This document shows, one piece after another, positions 37,511 to 46,142 of a stretch of 64,000 nucleotides of DNA. The notes beneath the pieces are model-generated. The model did not search any database. It saw only the letters and a list, made by a program, of their open reading frames with translations, and was not told where the DNA came from. The stretch lies in NCBI GenBank assembly GCA_048885925.1, contig JBHLLG010000010.1, positions 831 to 64,830 on the forward strand, written 5' to 3'. Source of the stretch: Candidatus Hermodarchaeota archaeon. GTDB lineage: Archaea > Asgardarchaeota > Lokiarchaeia > Sigyniarchaeales > SOKP01. How positions within the stretch are numbered: position 1 is the first letter of the stretch; each line of letters begins with the position of its first letter. A program made the translations under genes and the position numbers.

Positions 37511-37891
37511 ATGGCACGATCTCAAGCTAGATCAAAAAGAAGGTATACCGGAAAGAAATATAAATATTTCAGGAAAAAAAGGAAAAGAGAGCTTGAACGC
37601 CCGACTATAGATACTGAAGTAGCTCCATATCGTGTTAAAAAACAAAGAACGATGGGTGGAAATTTTAAACTTAGATTATTTTCAGATCAATTTATTAATG
37701 TAACTGATCCTAATACTAATAAGACTTCAAAAGTTCGAATATTAGGCTTTAAAAGTAACGATGCTTCAAAAGATTTGAATCGTAGACATGTACTCACGAA
37801 AGGAGCCGTTGTAGAGACCGAATTAGGCAATGCTAGAATCACCAGTCGTCCTGGTCAACATGGACAACTCAATGCTGTGCTTGTAAAATAG
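37511..37891 (+). CDS. rps8e: 30S ribosomal protein S8e
   Basis: MARSQARSKRRYTGKKYKYFRKKRKRELERP... is the characteristic basic N-terminus. 126 aa. Confidence 0.9.
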   Translation: MARSQARSKRRYTGKKYKYFRKKRKRELERPTIDTEVAPYRVKKQRTMGGNFKLRLFSDQFINVTDPNTNKTSKVRILGFKSNDASKDLNRRHVLTKGAVVETELGNARITSRPGQHGQLNAVLVK

Positions 37892-37985
37892 AATATATTA
37901 AAAGTATTATATATAGTTTAGAAATGTAAATAACTTCACATTTTAATATTTCTAAGTTCCTTAATTTTGATTAAAAAAATAGAGA

Positions 37986-38357
37986 TCATTCTTGGATCTT
38001 AATATTTTTAACATTCGCTTTTTTCCCTTCAATTATTTCGGTATTATTGCTTCCACAATTAGAACATGCGAATAATTGAAGTCCTGTTAATTGGGCTTCT
38101 TGAGTTAAAGACACTTCTGAAATTTTACTACATTCTCGACATTTTATCTTACCAGGGGTCACTTTAATGGTTAAAGTTGCACCCTCTGCTATTGAACCTT
38201 TAGTTGCCATCTCAAAAGAACGTTTGAGAAGCTCAGGAACAATAAGAGTTAACTCGCCAATTTCTAATAAAACTTCAGTTATTTTCTTTGCATTATACTT
38301 TATTGCTGTAGCTTCAGCTACCTTAAAAATGTCATATGCGAAAGCAAATTCATGCAT
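37986..38357 (-). CDS. hypA: hydrogenase nickel-insertion metallochaperone HypA
   Basis: MHEFAFAYDIF N-terminus (MHE Ni site) plus CRECSK...CSNCGS zinc motif. 123 aa. Confidence 0.85.
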   Translation of the reverse strand: MHEFAFAYDIFKVAEATAIKYNAKKITEVLLEIGELTLIVPELLKRSFEMATKGSIAEGATLTIKVTPGKIKCRECSKISEVSLTQEAQLTGLQLFACSNCGSNNTEIIEGKKANVKNIKIQE

Positions 38358-38368
38358 AATTGAAAAAC

Positions 38369-38665
38369 TTAAGGATTTGTTTGTAATTTTCTAATTTCTT
38401 TGGCAACTTCAAGAATTACTTTATCCTTTTTTTTGCCTTTTGTATCAATTAAAATTCTTCCGGGATCATCCCACCAAGTTCTCGAGTATTTATAGTTTCT
38501 CTCAATTTCAGCGTTATAACCTAAATTTCGTGCAGCTTTCGCAATGTCCTCCAAATTAATTTTTTCTATTGCAAATTTTCGAGGAATACGTCTACCATTA
38601 CTTCGACTTCTTTTTGCATCAAAATATTGTGGCCAAAAAATTAAAAATGGTTTTCTCGATCTCAT
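38369..38665 (-). CDS. srp19: signal recognition particle protein SRP19
   Basis: FLIFWPQYFDAKRSRSNGRRIPRKFAI...DIAKAARNLGY. 98 aa. Ends 11 nt upstream of hypA. Confidence 0.85.
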   Translation of the reverse strand: MRSRKPFLIFWPQYFDAKRSRSNGRRIPRKFAIEKINLEDIAKAARNLGYNAEIERNYKYSRTWWDDPGRILIDTKGKKKDKVILEVAKEIRKLQTNP

Positions 38666-38900
38666 AAAGACTAAAATAAATACAGTTTGTAATGAGAATA
38701 ATATGAATTAAAACTCTTTAAGTAATTTAAAAATTATTGGTATAATTTAAAAAAACCTTGATTATTAAGAATAAAACTTTTTTAGATGCTTAAATTTTGT
38801 TATCCATATCAGCTTAGATTGTTTATTTAATTTCTTACATATCTCTCTATTAAAAGCGAGAATTAATTTGATAATTAAAAAACAGAACCAATTTATTAAA

Positions 38901-39004
38901 GGGAGGGTAGTCTAGCCTGGTATGATACAGTAAGATGTTATATCTTACAGCTTAAGACTTGGCTGGGGGCCAAGTGGTCGGGGGTTCAATTCCCCCCTCT
39001 CCCA
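38901..39004 (+). tRNA. tRNA-Pro (anticodon GGG) with a ~30-nt non-canonical intron near the D-stem/anticodon-stem junction
   Basis: Acceptor GGGAGGG/CTCTCCC plus A73. D loop AGCCTGGTA. Anticodon arm CTTGG-CTGGGGG-CCAAG (U33, G37). Variable loop TGGTC. T arm GGGGG-TTCAATT-CCCCC. 104 nt in total, so ~30 nt (about 38928-38957) must be removed. No encoded CCA. Confidence 0.8.
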
Positions 39005-39131
39005 TTTAAAAAAATTTAATCATTCTCAACATATTTTCAGTAGTATAAATTACTTTTCTTTGAGTATCTGAATCTTTTTTATTATGAATTATTATAAATT
39101 ATTCAAAAATTAGTAGAGTGGATAAGAGAGG

Positions 39132-39350
39132 TTGTTAAAAATTATAGAAATGGAGGAATTACAGGATTATGAATGGACGAATGATTGGAATACCATCGTA
39201 GAGCTATTTGATGTGATTAATAGATTGAAAAATTTATTTAATTGCTTGGGTGTTTCATATCTTCGAGAAGTGGAGCAGAAAATATTAGTATTAAATCTTG
39301 AAAAATATATTTGTTCACTTCAAAACTACATAATTGAAAAATACTCTTAA
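39132..39350 (+). CDS. hypothetical small protein
   Basis: ORF only (TTG start, 72 aa). Confidence 0.25.
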   Translation: MLKIIEMEELQDYEWTNDWNTIVELFDVINRLKNLFNCLGVSYLREVEQKILVLNLEKYICSLQNYIIEKYS

Positions 39351-39482
39351 TTTCTTTTTAAGAGAATAATAAATACCTTTTTCATTACTTATTAATGAAA
39401 ACTTATTTTTTTTGTTAAAATTTATAAATTGTTCTATCTATTTTTTGATAAAAAATCTATAAAAAAGAAATATGTGTTAAAA

Positions 39483-39785
39483 ATGGTATGGGACAAGTTA
39501 CAAGCATCAGATAAATTTATGTGTGTTATGGCAATTATTGGTGGAATTGTTGCTCTTCTAGAATCAATGTTACATTTGATAAACTTCTTTGAAATTTGGA
39601 GCTTTGGAATTTATTATGAGATTATTGCCGTTGTTTTAGCAATCCTCGTTATTTTGTTAGGAATAAAGCCAATACATTATACTCCTGCTATTTTGGGAGT
39701 TTTAGGAATATTATTAATTATCTTCGGAACTTGGATTGGTGGAATAGTTGTAATCCTTGCTATGCTTATAGGAGCTCTAAGTTAA
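39483..39785 (+). CDS. small membrane protein (3 TM)
   Basis: Hydrophobic segments CVMAIIGGIVALL, IIAVVLAILVILLGI and LGVLGILLIIFGTWIGGIVVILAMLIGAL. ATG 39483 is preferred over the track start at TTG 39429. Confidence 0.45.
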   Translation: MVWDKLQASDKFMCVMAIIGGIVALLESMLHLINFFEIWSFGIYYEIIAVVLAILVILLGIKPIHYTPAILGVLGILLIIFGTWIGGIVVILAMLIGALS

Positions 39786-39850
39786 ATATAAAATTTTTTT
39801 TCTATTTTTTATAAGATTGGGAGCTGCACATCTATTTTAACAATTAAAAG

Positions 39851-40705
39851 TCACTTCGTAAGTGCAAGAGCCAGCAATAAAGCACCCTGGATTTCTGAAA
39901 CCATACCTACTCTTGAAGTATCAATTATAATATCTTTTAAGCCCATATATATAGCCCCATATGCTTTTCCTCCTCCTAAATGGACTAGCGTACGATAGAT
40001 CAAATTTCCAGAAATTCCATCTGGGGCAATGATTAAGTTTGATTTATTATTGATAGCATTTTCGATTAAAATTTCATCATTGGAAATATCTGTATTTTGA
40101 AACTTTTTTTTTGACTGTTCAACAACTTTTTCCGCTATTTTAATTGATTCATCAACCTTATTATCCCTCCCCAAATCACTTTTCCTGCCTCCACTTAAAA
40201 TACTAATTTTAGGTATAATTTTGAGAGTTTTGAATTCATTTATTGCGTATTCTAAAAATCTGAGTTTTTTATCTAAAGTATTACATTCATCAATACCTAC
40301 TGGGCCAAAAAAGAATTGATGCCCTTGATATGTTTCTAATAATGCTAATCTATTAGTTTCATCGATCTTTAGACTTCTTTTAAAATTCTCTAAGAATTTA
40401 CTTGAGCTTAATGAACCCCTAACTATTGCTCCTATTTTATTTTTGTTTAAAAATTCAAAAATATTTAACTCGGGATTATTAGAATCAATAAAATTAATTT
40501 CAAAATCAGCAATATTTCTCGATTGAATACTCTCAACATATTGTTTTTTCCCAAAAATAGAGATTTTAGAGTTAAATTCTTCTATATGATTTATACAAGC
40601 ATCCAATATCTTTTGATTATGAAGCTCCGAATCACCAAAACCTATTCCTATAATTTGGCTCTTAGTTTTAGCCATTGATTGGAAAATTTGTAATATATTC
40701 ATCAA
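39851..40705 (-). CDS. PTA_PTB/PlsX-superfamily protein (phosphate acyltransferase-like; possibly MtxX-like)
   Basis: IIGIGFGDS near the N-terminus and LIIAPDGISGNLIYRTLVHLGG near the C-terminus, cf. the P-D-x-x-x-G-N motif of this superfamily. Confidence 0.5.
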   Translation of the reverse strand: MMNILQIFQSMAKTKSQIIGIGFGDSELHNQKILDACINHIEEFNSKISIFGKKQYVESIQSRNIADFEINFIDSNNPELNIFEFLNKNKIGAIVRGSLSSSKFLENFKRSLKIDETNRLALLETYQGHQFFFGPVGIDECNTLDKKLRFLEYAINEFKTLKIIPKISILSGGRKSDLGRDNKVDESIKIAEKVVEQSKKKFQNTDISNDEILIENAINNKSNLIIAPDGISGNLIYRTLVHLGGGKAYGAIYMGLKDIIIDTSRVGMVSEIQGALLLALALTK

Positions 40706-40743
40706 GACTACTTTTAATAGAATATTATTATAATTTGAAAAAT

Positions 40744-41856
40744 TTAGCTGAAAATAAAAGGTATAAGTATTGTTATAGTATTATAAAATCCATGTGTTAT
40801 TATAACGGCTATTAGGTTTTCTCCACGCCATTGATAAAGAAAACCTAGGAGTAAAGAAATTGAGAAAAATGGAAAGAATGATAAAAGAAAAGAAACTATC
40901 AGATCTAAGGTAGACTCAAACATTAGAAAAAGTCCTAGTAGGTGAATAATAGAAAAAATAAAAGCAGTAATGATTAAACCCCATCTTTTTCCTAGATTCC
41001 TTACCAATCCTTTTTGCATGAATCCTCTAAATAAAATCTCTTCAGAAGTGCCTACTACAAAAATCATTACTAATGAGAAGACTAATAAGCCTAATATATC
41101 AGATGGTATAATATAATTTTCAACACTATCGAACTCAGAGACTATTTCAATTCCTAAAATGTATTCTAAAAAGCTTTCAATTATTAATGATACAGTAAAA
41201 ACTAAAAAAAAACCAATTACCGCAAATCCTAATCCGATTAAAATTTCTTTAAATTTTTGCTTTTTATCAAAATTTTTAAATGTAAATCCCAATAATGTGA
41301 ATCTATTCTTTATAGTTGGATTTTGGAGATATTTCCCTACATAAAATAAAGGAATTATCATAAATATCAATTCAAATAAGGTACTCAGTATAATAAAATA
41401 AGAATTTGAAATTAAATCATAAAGAATATCTAAATCAAAAGAAATGGAAGCAATAAGCACAAAAAATCCAAATACTACAAAATTCATAAGAAGAAATGAA
41501 CCTAAGGGAATCCCTATAGAAGTTGTAGTCCCCCACAATCGTTTATCTATTGTGTTAATTATATCATCATCGGAAATTTTTTCGGGACCATAAAAAGTTA
41601 TTGGTGTTAAAGAACTGGGATACTGTGATGCTTGAATGTAAGGATTAGTTTCCTTTTTTGGAAGGAAGTTTTTATGTTGCTTAAGATACTTAAGATTAGT
41701 TCCACACCTTACACAAAATTGTAAGTTTTGAATTTTAGGAATTTTATTCCCACAAACTGGACAAAAAGACCATTCATTTTCATTTAATACAGATTTATCT
41801 TTTGAATTTCCAGATTCATGATTTTTATCAGATTCAGGGACTTGCTTTTCATTCAT
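40744..41856 (-). CDS. zinc-ribbon-fused CPBP-family intramembrane protease
   Basis: N-terminal CPVCGNKIPKIQNLQFCVRCGTNL. A polytopic domain carries SEEILFRGFMQKG (EExxxR), FSIIHL (FxxxH) and ITHGFYN. Confidence 0.8.
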   Translation of the reverse strand: MNEKQVPESDKNHESGNSKDKSVLNENEWSFCPVCGNKIPKIQNLQFCVRCGTNLKYLKQHKNFLPKKETNPYIQASQYPSSLTPITFYGPEKISDDDIINTIDKRLWGTTTSIGIPLGSFLLMNFVVFGFFVLIASISFDLDILYDLISNSYFIILSTLFELIFMIIPLFYVGKYLQNPTIKNRFTLLGFTFKNFDKKQKFKEILIGLGFAVIGFFLVFTVSLIIESFLEYILGIEIVSEFDSVENYIIPSDILGLLVFSLVMIFVVGTSEEILFRGFMQKGLVRNLGKRWGLIITAFIFSIIHLLGLFLMFESTLDLIVSFLLSFFPFFSISLLLGFLYQWRGENLIAVIITHGFYNTITILIPFIFS

Positions 41857-41934
41857 TATTAAATTAGAGAAATAAATTAAATTAGAAAAAATTTTACATT
41901 TTTAATAATAATAAATCAGAAAAGAAATTTTAGA

Positions 41935-43851
41935 TCATACTAAAACGCGTATGTGATTGTAAATCCTTGAAAGGTCAAATTCACTATAAAAAATACCATA
42001 AGTTTTGATTGGGAAATATTGATATGGGAATAATTCTTCCTCTTGCTCAACTTCCAATTCAAATTTCATTGAAGGCATCCAAAATGTTTTATTAATATGT
42101 TGGTATTCAACCATTACCATATACAAGAACGTACCTGTTTTTATTGGAGTTATTTTTGTTTTAACTACTCTACTTTTATTTGCTTTTAATTTTTTTATAA
42201 CAGTATATTTCAATTTTGATTGAATTGTTTTTGGCATAAAGAAGTAAATCTTAATATCTTTAATATCTGATAAATTAGGATTTTCAATTATAACTTTAAT
42301 TGTTTCAGATTGATTTACTTTTAATTTCTTATTTTCTATTGTAATATCTATGAAAAGAGGATATTGCAAGGCATTTTTGTCCAAATTGAAGCTTAAATCA
42401 ATAAGTCTTTGAAGATTAGGTTTAAAATCAATACTAAACTGATTTCTTTGTTCTTCTAAAGATAATATATTTTTAGTTCTTAAATCTTGGAATTCCTGCA
42501 ACATCTTATTAATATATTTTAAAATGAATTTATCAAATTTAGAGTGTTTGTTTGAAATGAAGGAAAGAACTTTTTTGTAATATTCTGATTCAAGATTTCT
42601 AATAATAGGTTTTTTGAAGATTTCATTAATGAATTTTTTCAACGATTCATCTAATTCAATTAAATCTTTATGTTCTATTTCAAATCTCTCAATAATTTTT
42701 TCATTAAAAATATCATTCTGTATAAAATCACCTAGATTGTTTAAACTTTCAATAGATTCAGAGTTATAAATATTGAAAGCGTTTGTTATCATAGTTTTAA
42801 ACAGAAGGTTTAACTTTTCAACATTTTTGTTTTTATTGTCTATAAATTCAGCGCGATATGATTCAAGGTATTTAATCAATTTCCCTGAATGCAATTTTAA
42901 AAGATTCCTTTGGTATTTCTGATATTTTTCAGAAATATCATTAATCCAATTTTTTAAATTATTTAGTTTTTCGAGATTTTCTTCTGTATTAAGTACTATA
43001 TCTACTTCTGGGGGATCTATTAATGAAAAAGGGGAATTAACTTTCACTTTTTCCAGTAATACACTGGTTTTACGTTCTAGTTGATATATCATTTCAATTT
43101 GTGAGTATAAATTATATATAACAATATCTTTCTCTTTAATTTTATTTAATCTGTCAAGTAGAGAATCTAAATCATTTGAAAAATGTTTTGGGTTCTTATT
43201 TAAAATTCCTCTTAATATTTTCACGAAAGTTGTGAGAATAACATATATTTCCTTTTTTTCATTATTTTCTAAGGAATCACTCTCTAATTTAGTAACATTG
43301 AAAAAGTCAATAATATTTTGGTAATTTTTTTCAGCCAATTTATAATATTTAGCACAATATTCAGTATCTAATGAAATTTTTGCCAAGTAACTATAATATA
43401 ATCCTAATAACGATTTATTTATTATATAAGAGAGATCTTTATATTTTTGAAATTCATTTTTAGTTTTCGCATTATTTATATGAATTAATAAAAATTTATC
43501 AATAATAATTTCAAAATTACCTGAACACCGAATTAAATTGAATAATTTTGAGTGATCAATCTCAATGGTGTCTAATTTAGTAACAATAAGATGTCGATAT
43601 TCTTTAAAATTAGAATTTAATTCCCTAAAATATGATCTGATCGAATTTTTTCTTCTTTCCAATTCAGCAAACTTTATCTTTCTTTCATTTTTTACCGATG
43701 TGACATTTAGAATTTTTTCCAAATAATATTTAAAGGAATATACTGATTCCATATAGAAAGTTTTGGCTTCACAATAAGGACACTGGGCTATGGAGCCTTT
43801 AACAAAAGGTAATGAAGTACCACATTTTTTACAAGGAAGATGGGATATCAT
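41935..43851 (-). CDS. hypothetical 638-aa protein: N-terminal zinc ribbon, long helical region, C-terminal beta-sandwich-like domain
   Basis: CKKCGTSLPFVKGSIAQCPYCEAKT, then ~450 aa of helical K/E/N/L-rich sequence. The C-terminal FIDITIENKKLKVNQSETIKVIIENPNLSDIKDIKIYFFMP...TGTFLYMVMVEY resembles CARDB-type beta-sandwiches. Confidence 0.6.
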   Translation of the reverse strand: MISHLPCKKCGTSLPFVKGSIAQCPYCEAKTFYMESVYSFKYYLEKILNVTSVKNERKIKFAELERRKNSIRSYFRELNSNFKEYRHLIVTKLDTIEIDHSKLFNLIRCSGNFEIIIDKFLLIHINNAKTKNEFQKYKDLSYIINKSLLGLYYSYLAKISLDTEYCAKYYKLAEKNYQNIIDFFNVTKLESDSLENNEKKEIYVILTTFVKILRGILNKNPKHFSNDLDSLLDRLNKIKEKDIVIYNLYSQIEMIYQLERKTSVLLEKVKVNSPFSLIDPPEVDIVLNTEENLEKLNNLKNWINDISEKYQKYQRNLLKLHSGKLIKYLESYRAEFIDNKNKNVEKLNLLFKTMITNAFNIYNSESIESLNNLGDFIQNDIFNEKIIERFEIEHKDLIELDESLKKFINEIFKKPIIRNLESEYYKKVLSFISNKHSKFDKFILKYINKMLQEFQDLRTKNILSLEEQRNQFSIDFKPNLQRLIDLSFNLDKNALQYPLFIDITIENKKLKVNQSETIKVIIENPNLSDIKDIKIYFFMPKTIQSKLKYTVIKKLKANKSRVVKTKITPIKTGTFLYMVMVEYQHINKTFWMPSMKFELEVEQEEELFPYQYFPIKTYGIFYSEFDLSRIYNHIRVLV

Positions 43852-44035
43852 TGAGCGTATCCTTATTAATTATTTATTTTTGTTATATTGTAACTAATGG
43901 ATTTTTTATTATAAAAATAATATCGTTCTAATTTATAGTATCATAATATCTTGATGTATTATTAAATATGAAATTAAATAGAATTGATAACCAAATCATA
44001 TAATAATAATTTTGTTTACTAATAGAATTGAAAAA

Positions 44036-45799
44036 TTAATGAGTAAAATAACAATAGAGCCGTTCCTTTTCTATTCTTATAGGGTTGACAAAACCGTATC
44101 TTTCAAATTGAATTGTCTTATTTATAGGTATATTTAAAAGATTAATTTCACCATTACCATGCGATTCTACTCCGTCAGGTTTTAGGATTACAACTTTTAT
44201 GTTTTCGTCCTTAGGTACCCAATGAATAATTGAAAAATCTCGATCCAATTCTTTGCTATGAAATTTAGCTCTTATTTTCTTCTCATTGAGATTTATTAAG
44301 TCTATTTTAACATTTATTAAATCCTTTAATCTTATTATTTGATTTTTTACTAATTTCATCGCATCGTTTGATGCTATCAATAAATTTAGCATATTTTTAT
44401 CATCTATTAAACATTTTATTTTTCTTGTTCCTTTTTCCGGGTTTGAAGGATGTAATAATGGTTCAGCAATTAATTCTTTAAAAGGAACATTAGTAATAAC
44501 AATTGAAATTGGATTCTCTACAAAAAAATAACGGTTAGAAACAGGATCAATTATGTCTTGATTTTTTGAATACAACCAATTTACTGAGAATGTGATTCCT
44601 GTTAATGACATTCCAAGATCCAGTAATACTTCAGTGATGGCTTCAGGTCGTATTCCCCTTTTTCTAAGAGATTGTAAACTCCAAGTTCGAGGATCGTCCC
44701 AACCGTCATAATTTCCTCTCTGAATATTATTTCTAGATTCAGTTTTACTTAACTTCATATCAGCGAAATTGATTCTTCCATAATGTAAAAATTCTGCTTT
44801 TTCCCATTTAAAGTGATTCCATATGAATTCCTCAATAAAATCTTCTTTTACTAAATCAGCTCCTCTTAAGATGTGGGTTACTCCAATAAGATAATCATCA
44901 ATTGCCCATGAAAATTCCAACATTGGCCATACAGTATATTGATTATCAACTCTAGGATGAGTTGCTTCAGATATTCTCATAATTATTTGATCTCGTAAAG
45001 CTGGATCTTTTTGATTCATACCTGTTTTTAATCTTACTACTGCATCACCTTCATTATATTTTCCATTAAGCATTGATTTCCATTCATCTAAATTCTTGTC
45101 AATTGAATGATTTCTGTGGGGACAGTTTTTCTTTTGATTCTTAAATTTTTCTCTAAATTCATCAGCAGTACAAAAGCAGACATAGGCTATATTATCTTTA
45201 ATTAACTTTTCACAGTATTCATAAAAGATTTCTAGTCTATCGCTTTTATAATAAATTTTATTATATTTTATACCTAGCCATTCTAAACCATCTTCTATTA
45301 AATGATAGGCTTCAGGTAAAACATATTTTGCTTTGGGACTGTCCCTTAAGGATTTAGGGCTCCCAATTGTATCATCATAGAATAAAATGAGTTCACCATT
45401 ATGCCTTTTTACATATTGGTCATTTAATATAATCATTCTTGCATTTCCTATATGTAATGCTCCACTTGGATAGGGGGCTAAACGCATAACAACCTTTTTA
45501 AATTTAGTGAGATTAGGTAGCTCCGGTAATTCTTTTTTTTCTTCTATTGCTTCTTTTTTATCTAATGCGTGAGAATCTAATTGTAATAACTTATTTTTTT
45601 GTTCCTCAATGTCCAATTCTAAAATTTCTTCAATAATTTGATCCAAAACAGGAAGAATAACCTTGGTTTGAGACTTTAAATCAGGTCTTGTCGCCATAAG
45701 TTTTCCCATTATTGCTTTTTTATCGGGTTTCCCGTTAAATTTTACTGCGTTCTTCAAACCACTTAACCAGAGAATCCTTTTTATATCTTCATCCTTCAT
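44036..45799 (-). CDS. gltX: glutamate--tRNA ligase (archaeal/eukaryotic type)
   Basis: HIGH motif as RLAPYPSGALHIGNARMIILN, KMSKS as MKLSKTE. The N-terminal LKNAVKFNGKPDKKAIMGKLMA segment is typical of archaeal GluRS. Confidence 0.9.
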   Translation of the reverse strand: MKDEDIKRILWLSGLKNAVKFNGKPDKKAIMGKLMATRPDLKSQTKVILPVLDQIIEEILELDIEEQKNKLLQLDSHALDKKEAIEEKKELPELPNLTKFKKVVMRLAPYPSGALHIGNARMIILNDQYVKRHNGELILFYDDTIGSPKSLRDSPKAKYVLPEAYHLIEDGLEWLGIKYNKIYYKSDRLEIFYEYCEKLIKDNIAYVCFCTADEFREKFKNQKKNCPHRNHSIDKNLDEWKSMLNGKYNEGDAVVRLKTGMNQKDPALRDQIIMRISEATHPRVDNQYTVWPMLEFSWAIDDYLIGVTHILRGADLVKEDFIEEFIWNHFKWEKAEFLHYGRINFADMKLSKTESRNNIQRGNYDGWDDPRTWSLQSLRKRGIRPEAITEVLLDLGMSLTGITFSVNWLYSKNQDIIDPVSNRYFFVENPISIVITNVPFKELIAEPLLHPSNPEKGTRKIKCLIDDKNMLNLLIASNDAMKLVKNQIIRLKDLINVKIDLINLNEKKIRAKFHSKELDRDFSIIHWVPKDENIKVVILKPDGVESHGNGEINLLNIPINKTIQFERYGFVNPIRIEKERLYCYFTH

Positions 45800-46142
45800 T
45801 TAAAGTATACATCTTATCAATTTCATGAAATAAGTTTAATAATGATAAATAGTTCATGGTTCAATAAACCATTGAGTTAAGTAAATTTTTGCTTTTTACT
45901 AAGCTTTTTCTTTTCTGCAATTTACCATTTTACTTTTTAATTTAAAAATAATATCTCTTAGTAATTTAAATAATTTCAAATTGAAAAGTCTTTTAACTAT
46001 TTCAATTGTTAAATCCCTAATATTATGGCTATTTTTGATTAAGTTTAAACTTATTAAATTAACTTTTTTGTAAGTTTAATGTTTTTAATGAAATGAATTC
46101 AATATATTATTGACGATTATAAATTTGTAGAAAAATTACACT

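Noticed and set aside
38955-38958. AGAC inside the tRNA-Pro insert, which would pair perfectly with the D-stem 5' strand GTCT.
   Set aside because: Using it as the D-stem 3' strand would consume the C needed to start the anticodon stem (CTTGG/CCAAG), leaving no acceptable anticodon arm. It may instead form an alternative pre-tRNA helix. The exon junction remains uncertain.
44036-45799. The N-terminal ~95-aa extension of GluRS, resembling a GatB/YqeY-like helical domain.
   Set aside because: As far as I recall, a similar N-terminal segment (..LLNAVKH.G.A....VMG..M..) is standard in archaeal GluRS, so it is not a novel fusion.
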